The notes: generated by a model not told the origin, from the letters alone. Shown: positions 28,580 to 37,780, counted from the first letter of the stretch. The stretch: DNA of 64,000 nt from Clostridia bacterium (GCA_900763885.1 CAAFLY010000061.1:10553-74552); one strand, 5' to 3'. Made by a program: numbers and translations.

Positions 28580-30862
28580 TCACTTCCGCAGCTCCACTCT
28601 GCGGATCTTACCGGAGATCGTTTTCGGCAGCTCCGGCAAAAATTCCACGATGCGCGGGTATTTGTAGGGCGCTGTATGCTCCTTGACGTAGGTCTGGATC
28701 TCCTTTTTCAGCGCGTCCGAACCTTCCTTACCCTTGACAAGCACAATGGACGCCTTGACGACCTGTCCGCGGATCGGATCGGGAACGGCGGTGATGGCGC
28801 ATTCCAGCACATACGGCAGCTCCATGATCACGGATTCGATCTCAAACGGCCCGATGCGATAGCCGGAGGACTTGATCACATCGTCGATCCGTCCGACATA
28901 CCAGAAATAGCCGTCCTCATCGCGCCATGCCGTGTCGCCGGTGTGGTAATAACCGTCGTGCCATACCTTCTTCGTCGCTTCCTCATCGTGGTAGTAGCCG
29001 AGGAACAGACCGCACGGCACGCCTTCCTTCGTCCGCACCACGATCTCGCCCGTTTCACCGACGTCGCAGGAGCGTCCGTCCGCGTCCACGATATCCACAT
29101 CGTACATGGGCGACGGATGGCCCATCGAGCCCGGCTTCGGCGTGTCTCCGACAAAGTTGCCGATGGTGAGCGTGGTCTCCGTCTGACCGAAGCCCTCCAT
29201 CAGCGACAGGCCCGTATATTCGCGGAACTTGTAGAACACCTCCGGATTGAGCGCTTCTCCGGCGATGGTGGCATGCTTCAGCGAGGACAGATCGTAGTTT
29301 TCGAGATGCTCCTTGATGAAGAAGCGGAACATGGTCGGCGGCGCGCAGAAGGTCGTGATGTGGTACCGGGCAAAGAGCGGCAGCAGATCGTGCGCGTCGA
29401 ATTTGTCAAAGTCATACGCAAACACGCAGCTTTCGCAGAGCCACTGGCCGTACAGCTTGCCCCAGAGCGCCTTGCCCCAGCCGGTATCGGAGATCGTGAA
29501 GTGGATCCCCTCCGGATCGACGTTGTGCCAGTACCGGGCGGTGATATAGTGGCCGAGCGCGTATTTGAAGCTGTGTGCCGCGACCTTCGGGTATCCCGTT
29601 GTACCGGAGGTGAAGAGCATGTACATCGGTTTGTCGCCGCAGACGTCCACACGTCTTTCCCAGGTATCGGGATAGTTCATAAACTCCGTGTCGAAGGAGT
29701 GCCAGCCGTCGCGCTCCCCGTGCGAGATCATCTTGATGAGACCCGGATCGACCGCGGCTGCCGCGTTTTCGGCGTGCATGGCGGTTTCCCCATCGGCGGT
29801 GCAGACAATGGCGCGCACATCGGCGGCCTTGTAGCGGTAGGCGAAATCCTTTTCCACGAGCATGAATGTGGCAGGGATCGCGACCGCGCCGAGCTTATGG
29901 AGTGCCAGAGAGGCGATCCAGAACTGCCAGTGCCGCTTCAGCACGAGCATAACGGTATCCCCCTCGCGGATGCCGAGCGACACGAAATAGTTTGCCGCGC
30001 GGTTGGAGAGCAGAGACAGCTCGCGGAAGGTGAACAGAGTCTCGTTCTTTTCGCGGTCGAGGTGTAAAAGCGCGAGCTTGTCGGGGCATTTTGCGGCAAG
30101 AGCGTCCACAACATCGTAGGCAAAGTTGAACTTGTCCGCGTCGTGGAAGCGGATTTCCTTGAGTTTTCCGTTTTCCTCCACGCATTCGACGAATTTCGCG
30201 GCGACCGGATCCTTCGGCAGAGGCGAGAGGGTGTTGTATTTGACCTCGGGCAGGACAGGGGTTTCCAGATTCTCCGGATAATCGTACGCCGCCGCTCCGC
30301 TTGCGATGATGACAGCGAGGAACCGGCACTCTTCACCGTCCACGGCGATCATACCGTGCGGCTTGGAGCTGTCGTAATAGATGGAGTCGCCCGGTTCCAG
30401 GATCTCCTCATGGCCGTCGATCACGGTTTTCAGTCTGCCGGAGAGGATATAGTCGAATTCATGGCCCTCGTGACGGCTCAGCTTGATCGGTGCGTGCTGC
30501 TCCTCCAGCGAGAAGGGCGCGGTGACGACAAAGGGCTCAACGGTCTTGTTCTTGAACAGCGGCGCCAGGTTTTCATAACGGAAGCCGCGCCGCCGTGCGA
30601 TCGGAAGTCCGCGGCCTGCCCGGGTGATGCTGTATTCCTCCAGCGTCGGACTTTCGCCCTTCAGGAGGTCGGTGGTATCCACGCCGAGCCTTGCAGCGCA
30701 CTTATAAATGAAGGTGAAAGTAAAATCCGTCTCCCCGGCCTCGAGGGTGCGATAATTTTCCAGCGACACGCCGGTGCACTGCGCCATTTCCGCCTCGGAG
30801 ATACCAAGGATCTCTCTCGACTCCCGAATACGGTGCGCGACTTCTTTGATGATCTTTTCCAT
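28580..30862 (-). CDS. three-domain fusion: XRE-type HTH + cupin + AMP-forming acyl-CoA synthetase (ACSM/medium-chain-like)
   Basis: Start MEKIIKEVAHRIRESREILGISEAEMAQCTGVSLENYRTLEAGE (HTH_XRE). Then a cupin (HEGHEFDYILSGRLKTVIDGHEEILEPGDSIYYDSSKPHG). Then an adenylate-forming enzyme (FTSGTTGYPK, YHTGD, SGYRIGPFEIES, PKTISGKIRR). The upstream 56 codons of the ORF overlap the T-box terminator. Confidence 0.85.
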   Translation of the reverse strand: MEKIIKEVAHRIRESREILGISEAEMAQCTGVSLENYRTLEAGETDFTFTFIYKCAARLGVDTTDLLKGESPTLEEYSITRAGRGLPIARRRGFRYENLAPLFKNKTVEPFVVTAPFSLEEQHAPIKLSRHEGHEFDYILSGRLKTVIDGHEEILEPGDSIYYDSSKPHGMIAVDGEECRFLAVIIASGAAAYDYPENLETPVLPEVKYNTLSPLPKDPVAAKFVECVEENGKLKEIRFHDADKFNFAYDVVDALAAKCPDKLALLHLDREKNETLFTFRELSLLSNRAANYFVSLGIREGDTVMLVLKRHWQFWIASLALHKLGAVAIPATFMLVEKDFAYRYKAADVRAIVCTADGETAMHAENAAAAVDPGLIKMISHGERDGWHSFDTEFMNYPDTWERRVDVCGDKPMYMLFTSGTTGYPKVAAHSFKYALGHYITARYWHNVDPEGIHFTISDTGWGKALWGKLYGQWLCESCVFAYDFDKFDAHDLLPLFARYHITTFCAPPTMFRFFIKEHLENYDLSSLKHATIAGEALNPEVFYKFREYTGLSLMEGFGQTETTLTIGNFVGDTPKPGSMGHPSPMYDVDIVDADGRSCDVGETGEIVVRTKEGVPCGLFLGYYHDEEATKKVWHDGYYHTGDTAWRDEDGYFWYVGRIDDVIKSSGYRIGPFEIESVIMELPYVLECAITAVPDPIRGQVVKASIVLVKGKEGSDALKKEIQTYVKEHTAPYKYPRIVEFLPELPKTISGKIRRVELRK

Positions 30863-30914
30863 GTGACAAGCTCCTGTTCTATATGGATTTTTGGACTGTC
30901 GGGGCTGTCTTTTG

Positions 30915-31200
30915 ACAAACAAAAAATCCGCCCCAAAATGCTTTGAGACGGATGATACATCCGCGGTACCACTCAAATTGCATCGTACAGCTGCGATGCC
31001 ACTCTGCGGGTTCAGACAAACCCTCTGCACTCACGCGGCAGCACACGGGGAACGATTACTCAGCGGATGATACGATCACGCCTTTCCTTTCCCGACTCGG
31101 AAGGGATAGAACCGCGTCTCACGATACCTGCATTCCACCACCGCAGGCTCTCTGGCTCGTGCATCAGACAGGATTCCGTCTTCGTCAACGTCTTTCTTTG
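30915..31200 (-). promoter_or_regulatory. T-box riboswitch leader (tRNA-sensing transcription attenuator)
   Basis: Minus strand. Stem I (31192-31094) has a K-turn-like base GAC-GUU-GA-CGAAG / CUUC-C-GA-GUC, an AGAGAG bulge and the CCUGC-GGUGGUGGAAU-GCAGG distal hairpin. T-box core AAUUUGAGUGGUACCGCGG (30980-30961). Antiterminator UUUGAG[UGGUACC]GCGGAU...AUCCGU-CUCAAA competes with terminator AUCCGUCUC/GGGGCGGAU + U6 (30953-30915). Confidence 0.85.
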
Positions 31201-31211
31201 GAAGTGCCTTT

Positions 31212-31240
31212 ATTATAGCACGACGGCTCCTCTTTGTCAA
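31212..31240 (-). promoter_or_regulatory. consensus sigma70 promoter for the T-box leader
   Basis: Minus strand: TTGACA (31240-31235), a 17-nt spacer, then TATAAT (31217-31212) with a TGc extension. Confidence 0.7.
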
Positions 31241-31332
31241 GTGTGCAAAACCGGAAGAAAATCGGTGCACTGCCCGGCAAAAATCGTGAAAAAACGACAG
31301 AGAGATTTTTCACTCTGATTTGCCCTCCCGTA

Positions 31333-31361
31333 TTGCAAAATGGCGCGGGATATGCTAAAAT
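31333..31361 (+). promoter_or_regulatory. candidate promoter for the GH38 operon
   Basis: TTGCAA (31333-31338), a 17-nt spacer, then TAAAAT (31356-31361). Confidence 0.45.
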
Positions 31362-31440
31362 GAAAACAGCGAACCCGGCGGCATACAAACAGACCATATC
31401 CCGCCGGAGACCACAGATATACAGATATAAGGAGAGAACC

Positions 31441-34400
31441 ATGCAGTACGACCGTTATGTAAACCGCACATATCAGAAATTCGACCGGATGATAGGCGCC
31501 TATGCCGGTCACATTTTCAAAAAGCTCACGAAGCTCGACGAGCTGTCCGCCTATCCGACGATGGATCATCTGCGTCTGCCGCCGGATCCCGCTCTGCTGC
31601 AGCCGATCACAGCCGGAGCTGTATGGGGCGAAAGATGGGGCAATCTCTGGCTCCACGCGGACGTTGCCGTGCCTGAGGAATGCGCCGGAGAGACCTTCTG
31701 CGTGATCCCTGATGCCAACGCTGTAGAGATCCTCTGCTTCAAAAACGGAGTTCCCGCCGGAATCATCAACTCGAAAAACAACTTTTTAGGCGGTCAGCAC
31801 TCCGCGATGTTCGTCGCGCGGAACGCTGTGGCGGGTGAACGCTTCGCGCTCGATTTTGAATGCTACGCCGGTCACGAGGGAGAGATTTTCACGCACCGCT
31901 TTGACGGACTGTGGCTCTGCGTCCTCGACCGCGCGATCTGCGATCTCGTGTTCGATCTATCCACGGTCCTCCAGATGGCGCGTCTGCCTGCCGAGGATTT
32001 CCTCGCGAAAACCGCCAACGAATGCCTCATGAACGCCTTCCCGTATCTCGTGGAGGAAATCGACTACGCGGATATGGCGGATGTGTACGCGTCCGTGGCG
32101 CCGATCCGTGCCGCTCTGGCTCCCGCGCTGGAAAAATCGGACTTTACCGATCCGACGCGCGGCTTTGTCGGTGTGATCGGCCATTCCCACATGGACACCG
32201 CGTGGCTCTGGCCGGTGGCGGAAACGGTGCGGAAATGCGCGCGCACCTATTCCGAGGTGCTCACGCTGATGGACATCTACCCGGAATACACCTTTATCCA
32301 GTCCTCCGCGCTCCATCTCGATTGGATGCGCAGGGAATATCCCGCGATTTTCGCAGGCATTCAGAAGCGCGTGGCGGAGGGCAGATATGAGCCGAACGGC
32401 GGCGTGTGGGTCGAATGCGACTGCAACATCACCGGCGGCGAATCGATGGTGCGTCAGTTCCTCTACGGACAGCGCTTCACCCGGAAGTATTTCGGCTACA
32501 CCTCCGACACGTTCTGGCTTCCGGATACCTTCGGCTACAACGCGGCGATCCCCCAGATCATGCAGGGCTGCGGCGTGAAATATTTCTATACGACCAAAAT
32601 GGGCTGGAGCGATCTCAATCCGTTCCCGGCGGACACCTTTGTCTGGCGCGGCATGGACGGCAGCGAGGTCATCACGCACCTAAACATCATGCACTGCCTG
32701 CCCGACGTCCAGAACGTCAAGCGCGCGATCGATGAGATCCGTGACAAGCGTTCGTCCTCCGATAAGCTCCTGGCATACGGATTCGGCGACGGCGGCGGCG
32801 GTCCTACCTACGCGATGCTTGAATATCTGCGCCGCGAACGGGATGTGGCGGGACTGCCGGAGATCCAGCCGGTGACGGTCAGCGGATTCATGCACCGACT
32901 GGAGAAATCCCGCGATACACTGCCGCTGCACGATGGCGAGCTGTATCTCGAATTCCACCGCGGTACGCTCACCTCCATGCACGACATCAAGCGGAACAAC
33001 CGCCGCGCCGAGGAAGCGATGCACGATCTCGAATGGGCGAACGTTCTCTCCGGCAAGGCGCGCTGTGAGGAGACCGATGGACTGTACGAGGTGCTGCTCA
33101 AAAACCAGTTCCACGACATTCTGCCCGGCACCTCCATCGAATGCGTGAATGTGCTGGCGCGGAAGGAGGTCGGCGAGATCATCACCCGCGCGAAAGCGAT
33201 TGCCGGGGCATATCTCGATACGCTGACGGAAGGGACGGACGACACGGTCACTGCGGCGAACAGTCTCTCCTTTGACCGGAATGAAGTCGTCACGCTCGCC
33301 GGAAAAACCGGGGTCGTCGGGCACAATACGCAGTCCTACACCGCCATCGACGGCACGGCAAAGACCGATGTGGAGGCGGCGATCCCGGCGTTCGGCAGCA
33401 CCGTGCTCCGTCTCACCGACGCGGAGTGCACCGCTTTGTCTCCGTTTGCCGCGGACGATCATACGCTGGAAACCCCGTATTATTCCGTGATCTTTGACGC
33501 GGACGGCTACATCTCCTCCCTCATCGACAAACGCGTGGGCAGACAGATCCGCAATCTCCACGGCGCGCCTCTCGGTACGCTGTGGCTGGGCGAGGATGTG
33601 CCGACCACCTACGACAACTGGGAGATCGAGGACGATATTTTCCGCCGTCTGAAGCCTGTGACCGGGAAAATGACCCGCCGGGAAACTGTATCCGAGGGTG
33701 CTGTGGAATACCGGATCCGCACGACGTACAATCTCGGCAAAAAGTCCGCCATCGTGATCGACACCGTGTTCTATGCCCATAACCCGCGCATCGATTTCGT
33801 CTCACGAGTGGATTGGGACGAACGGCACACGCTTTTGAAGGTCGGCTTTGACGTGGATGTGCGCGCGTTCACGGTCAAAAACGAGATCCAGTTCGGCTAC
33901 ATGGAACGGCCGACGACGCGCAACACCTCCCTGGAAGCGGCGAAATTCGAGGTCTGCAACCATCGCTATTCCGACCTGTCCGAGAGTCGGTACGGTGTGG
34001 CGGTCCTAAACGACTGCAAGTACGGCATTTCTGTAGAGGGCGGCGATATGCGTCTGACCCTCCACAAGGGCGGCTGTCATCCCGATCCGACAAACGACCG
34101 CGGCGTACACGATATGACCTGGTCGCTCCTGCCGCATACCGGCGCGTTCTCCGCGGAAAATGTGGTGCGCGAGGCACACGCGATGAATCATCCGCCGATT
34201 CTGCACGCGGGAAAAGCCGAGGTTGCGCCGATCTGCCGTGTGGACGAATCAAACATCCTCTGCGACACGGTAAAGATGGCGGAGGACGTGGAAAACGCGT
34301 TTGTGCTCCGGCTCTACGAATGCGAACGGAACCGCACAACGGCACATATCACGATCCCGACCGCATGCCGCGTGTGGCGCACGAATATGCTGGAAGAGAA

Positions 34401-34491
34401 GATTGAAGAGCTGCCCATGACGGCGGACCACACCGTGGAGGTGTCGTTCCATCCGTTCGCCATCGAAACGCTCCTTTGCGAGAGAAAATGA
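31441..34491 (+). CDS. GH38 alpha-mannosidase
   Basis: Start MQYDRYVNRTYQKF with an AAGGAGAG RBS. GHSHMDTAWLWP, WVECDCNITGGES and WLPDTFGY are GH38 catalytic-domain signatures; about 1016 aa. Confidence 0.9.
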   Translation: MQYDRYVNRTYQKFDRMIGAYAGHIFKKLTKLDELSAYPTMDHLRLPPDPALLQPITAGAVWGERWGNLWLHADVAVPEECAGETFCVIPDANAVEILCFKNGVPAGIINSKNNFLGGQHSAMFVARNAVAGERFALDFECYAGHEGEIFTHRFDGLWLCVLDRAICDLVFDLSTVLQMARLPAEDFLAKTANECLMNAFPYLVEEIDYADMADVYASVAPIRAALAPALEKSDFTDPTRGFVGVIGHSHMDTAWLWPVAETVRKCARTYSEVLTLMDIYPEYTFIQSSALHLDWMRREYPAIFAGIQKRVAEGRYEPNGGVWVECDCNITGGESMVRQFLYGQRFTRKYFGYTSDTFWLPDTFGYNAAIPQIMQGCGVKYFYTTKMGWSDLNPFPADTFVWRGMDGSEVITHLNIMHCLPDVQNVKRAIDEIRDKRSSSDKLLAYGFGDGGGGPTYAMLEYLRRERDVAGLPEIQPVTVSGFMHRLEKSRDTLPLHDGELYLEFHRGTLTSMHDIKRNNRRAEEAMHDLEWANVLSGKARCEETDGLYEVLLKNQFHDILPGTSIECVNVLARKEVGEIITRAKAIAGAYLDTLTEGTDDTVTAANSLSFDRNEVVTLAGKTGVVGHNTQSYTAIDGTAKTDVEAAIPAFGSTVLRLTDAECTALSPFAADDHTLETPYYSVIFDADGYISSLIDKRVGRQIRNLHGAPLGTLWLGEDVPTTYDNWEIEDDIFRRLKPVTGKMTRRETVSEGAVEYRIRTTYNLGKKSAIVIDTVFYAHNPRIDFVSRVDWDERHTLLKVGFDVDVRAFTVKNEIQFGYMERPTTRNTSLEAAKFEVCNHRYSDLSESRYGVAVLNDCKYGISVEGGDMRLTLHKGGCHPDPTNDRGVHDMTWSLLPHTGAFSAENVVREAHAMNHPPILHAGKAEVAPICRVDESNILCDTVKMAEDVENAFVLRLYECERNRTTAHITIPTACRVWRTNMLEEKIEELPMTADHTVEVSFHPFAIETLLCERK

Positions 34492-34500
34492 GGTATAGCT

Positions 34501-36222
34501 ATGGCAAAATTCTTGGAGAAAACCGCGGACGGCACGTATATCGTCTCTGCGCCGTCCTATCGTGTGGCGGTACATGGGCATACCTTTGACGTGTATGTCG
34601 CTGAGAACCGCTTCTGCACCCTCGACGTCCGCACCGCCGTCCCCCAAACCTCTGAGGCGCTGGAGGAGATCCCCGATCGGGAAACGCGGCTCCCCACGCT
34701 TGCCGATGTCGCGGAAAAGGCGGGTGAGGTGATGTTCACATGGGTTGGCGAGAGCAGCCTTTGGAAGAAGAAAACCTATGTCCTGCGCTGCGGTTTCCTG
34801 CGCTTCAACTACACCGTGACCGTTGCGGGCCATGGCAATGTGGATGGCGTCCGGTATTTCGCGGGAGAGGGGAACGGCAGCCTGTATGAATTCTCCGAGG
34901 GCTTCACACCGTGCGTATCGTGGTACAACGAGGAGGATTACCGTTTTCGTGCGAGCATGAACTGCCACCGCTGGTCCGTTTTGATGGTCCCGCCGATGTT
35001 TTCCTATTCTTTCGGAATGCGTGGGGTCGGCGATCGTCTGTCCCTCGGATTGGTGGCGGAGAGAGGGGAGCACAATTTCCATGCGTTTGACTATACGGTC
35101 GTCCGGCACAACTGGGGCAGCGGCTTCTATCTGGCGACGGATCAGAGCGGCCATACCCACGTGGACGGCACATGGACCGCGCCGGCGATCATCGGCTATG
35201 GGGCGGCGAATGAGGACGACGCGCTGCGCAAATACACGGACTACTACTTCACCTCCGGCATCGCCAAGCCGCACGACAATCGCTCCTTCCCGCGCTTCTG
35301 GTACGGTCCGATGCTCTGCGGATGGCTTGAACAGGCAATGCGCGTAGGCGATCCGGCGTTTGCGAATCTGACGATCACGGAGCTGGCACGGGAAGAGCTG
35401 TACGAAGCCCTGGTCGGCAAGCTCGGAAAGTATGATATGCACCCGACCGCGCTCATCATCGACGACAAGTGGCAGTCCCACTACGCGACAGATGAGGCGG
35501 ATCCCGCAAAATGGAAGAATCTGCGCGCCTTTGTGGACAGACGCCACGCCGAGGGGATCCACACGATGCTCTGGTTCAAGCTGTGGGATCCGGACGGCTG
35601 GGATCCGGCGCTGTGCGTCACGACAGACAGCGGGGAAGTGCGCATCGATCCGTCCACGCCGGAATTTCTCGCGAATCTCGATCGTGCGCTCTACAGGATC
35701 CTATCCGCGGACGAGGGCTGCTACGACTGCGACGGCTTCAAGCTCGATTTTGCCTTCTTCAATCCGATCGGCAGACGCGTCAAGACCCATTCCGGCAGGT
35801 ACGGCGTGGAGCTTTTATACGATATGATGGCGTACATCTACAAAAAGGCGAAGGAGATCAAGCCCGATGCGCTTGTGAACTGCAGTCCGTGCCACCCGTA
35901 TTTCGCGCACATCTGCGATCAGGCGAGACTGCACGATTACGATCCGAAGAACCGCGACAATAGAGAGGATCTCGAAACGCGCGGCAGAATGTTCTCGCTG
36001 GCGATGCCTGGAGTACTGCTCGATACCGACAATTCCGGCTTCAATACGCGCCGCGATACCATGCGCTGGCAGATGGATCAGGCGATGATCGGCGTGCCGG
36101 ATCTCTACGCGCTCATGGGTAACGAAAGCTGTCCCCTCACCGACGAGGACTTCCTCGCCATCTCCGCGATGTGGAAGGAATACGCGAGAAAGATCGATCT
36201 CCTACACGGCATGGCGCAGTAA
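34501..36222 (+). CDS. putative TIM-barrel glycoside hydrolase (melibiase/GH-D-like IDDKWQ motif)
   Basis: Lies 10 nt after the GH38 stop. LIIDDKWQSHY...HAEGIHTMLWFKLW...CDGFKLDF resembles the (beta/alpha)8 core of alpha-galactosidase-like enzymes. The family assignment is tentative. Confidence 0.45.
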   Translation: MAKFLEKTADGTYIVSAPSYRVAVHGHTFDVYVAENRFCTLDVRTAVPQTSEALEEIPDRETRLPTLADVAEKAGEVMFTWVGESSLWKKKTYVLRCGFLRFNYTVTVAGHGNVDGVRYFAGEGNGSLYEFSEGFTPCVSWYNEEDYRFRASMNCHRWSVLMVPPMFSYSFGMRGVGDRLSLGLVAERGEHNFHAFDYTVVRHNWGSGFYLATDQSGHTHVDGTWTAPAIIGYGAANEDDALRKYTDYYFTSGIAKPHDNRSFPRFWYGPMLCGWLEQAMRVGDPAFANLTITELAREELYEALVGKLGKYDMHPTALIIDDKWQSHYATDEADPAKWKNLRAFVDRRHAEGIHTMLWFKLWDPDGWDPALCVTTDSGEVRIDPSTPEFLANLDRALYRILSADEGCYDCDGFKLDFAFFNPIGRRVKTHSGRYGVELLYDMMAYIYKKAKEIKPDALVNCSPCHPYFAHICDQARLHDYDPKNRDNREDLETRGRMFSLAMPGVLLDTDNSGFNTRRDTMRWQMDQAMIGVPDLYALMGNESCPLTDEDFLAISAMWKEYARKIDLLHGMAQ

Positions 36223-36230
36223 AAACTACA

Positions 36231-36275
36231 GAAAAACCGGAGAAGTCCCCAAAAAGGATTTCTCCGGTATTTTTC
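36231..36275. terminator. bidirectional terminator
   Basis: ACCGGAGAA (36236-36244) pairs with TTCTCCGGT (36260-36268), flanked by A5 and T5, between convergent genes. Confidence 0.8.
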
Positions 36276-36285
36276 TACGGTTTGT

Positions 36286-37587
36286 TCAGTCGATATTCGC
36301 AAGCACGCCTAAAAAGAGCGGCAGTCCCTCCGGCGTGAGGATCGCGTAGACAAACGGGCGGTCGAATACGATCTCCTTCGGCTCCTCCGGCATAAGGCTT
36401 GTGCATTCCATCACCGCGACCGTTACGGCGGCGGCTTCCGTTCCGCCCTCATCGGTGCGGATCTTTGCCTTCTGGAACATATCGGACACATACGCGCTGT
36501 TCCCGGTGCCGTCCTCGCCGATCCCGGTCAGCTCGGCTTCCGGGGAGAAGAGCGCGGACAGTCCCATATCGGACAGCACATCAAGGAGCGGGATGTCCGC
36601 GTCATACTCGAATTTCGGCAGGGATACGATCACCTTTTCCTGATTTTCGTTTGCCGTATCCCGTGCGGCGAGCAGTGTGTCGGCGGAGAGCGATCCGGCA
36701 AAATCGTACACGTCGCCATCCGGCAAAACCGCGACAAAGGTATAGCCGTTTTCGTAATTCTTGGTAAATCCAACGCCGCCGTCCACGGTGAAATAGCTGT
36801 ATTCCTTGGAATGCATAAAGGACGCGGTCGTGTCTCCGGAAAAACCGTGGAACGTGTCGGACGTGACCGACCATTCGTCATACGGAATCACCCATTTGCC
36901 GTTGAAGTATACCGTATTGGCAAGGACCGCGGCGGCGTCAGGGGTCAGTTCCTTTAAGGTTTCCGGAATCATGCCGTGGGTCGCGTCCGAGATCCATTTG
37001 TTGATCTCACCGACCGATTTCGCGTCCGCGAAGGAAAGCGGCGTGGACTGCGCGTCAAAGTACCGTTTCACCATGGCGGCGTATTCGTCGTGCAGCGTGA
37101 ATCCGACATTGCTGTTGAGCCAGATCCCGTTCGCGATCTCTGTGACCCTGGTGGCGGCAAGAGCTTCTTTCGCGGAGTAGAGACTGTCGTCAAGGGTGAG
37201 AAGGTCGTCGTATCCAAGCACATCGGACAGCGCGGCGGCTGTATCCCCGGCAGCACCGTTCGCGAGTACGGCCAAGAGATTGTAGACGGAATACGGGGAC
37301 AGCACGAGATTTTTTCCGTTCACAAGGGATTTGTGGAAGAGCTTCGTGGAAAAATCGTTCACACCCTGCAAAAACGCGGCGTCCAGGGCGACGGTCTGCG
37401 GATCTCTTCCTGCGGCAGGGAGGCTCTGCGTGTCGGGCTTAGCGTCTGCGGCAGGCTTGTCCGTATCCTTTGCTTCCGCGGCGGGATTGTCTGTGTCCGG
37501 CGTGTCCGATGGCACCGACGCGCAGCCGGCCAGGGTGAAAGAGACGAGCATCGCGGCAAGGATCCGGCGGAATAGCGTTTTTTTCAT
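36286..37587 (-). CDS. serpin-family protease inhibitor, lipoprotein
   Basis: Start MKKTLFRRILAAMLVSFTLAGC (lipobox). The serpin core includes NLVLSPYSVYNLLAVLANGAAGDT, NTVYFNGKW, the inhibitory-type hinge EGGTEAAAVT and C-terminal FDRPFVYAI. Confidence 0.85.
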   Translation of the reverse strand: MKKTLFRRILAAMLVSFTLAGCASVPSDTPDTDNPAAEAKDTDKPAADAKPDTQSLPAAGRDPQTVALDAAFLQGVNDFSTKLFHKSLVNGKNLVLSPYSVYNLLAVLANGAAGDTAAALSDVLGYDDLLTLDDSLYSAKEALAATRVTEIANGIWLNSNVGFTLHDEYAAMVKRYFDAQSTPLSFADAKSVGEINKWISDATHGMIPETLKELTPDAAAVLANTVYFNGKWVIPYDEWSVTSDTFHGFSGDTTASFMHSKEYSYFTVDGGVGFTKNYENGYTFVAVLPDGDVYDFAGSLSADTLLAARDTANENQEKVIVSLPKFEYDADIPLLDVLSDMGLSALFSPEAELTGIGEDGTGNSAYVSDMFQKAKIRTDEGGTEAAAVTVAVMECTSLMPEEPKEIVFDRPFVYAILTPEGLPLFLGVLANID

Positions 37588-37702
37588 ATGATTTTGCACC
37601 TCTTTGGTTGTGGAATCGTTCTGTCTCTTTAGACGGTGCGCGCAAAAAAAAGTTCCATTCCCGCCGGAGCTTTGAGATTTTCTTAAATTCCCGCCATCGC
37701 TC

Positions 37703-37731
37703 TTGTAATTCCGCGCTGGATATGGTATACT
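37703..37731 (+). promoter_or_regulatory. sigma70-type promoter for rimM-trmD
   Basis: TTGTAA (37703-37708), a 17-nt spacer, then TATACT (37726-37731) with a TGg extension. Confidence 0.5.
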
Positions 37732-37780
37732 CATACCATAATAGATAAGATAGAATCGGATAAGGATCAGTTTTTGTTTT

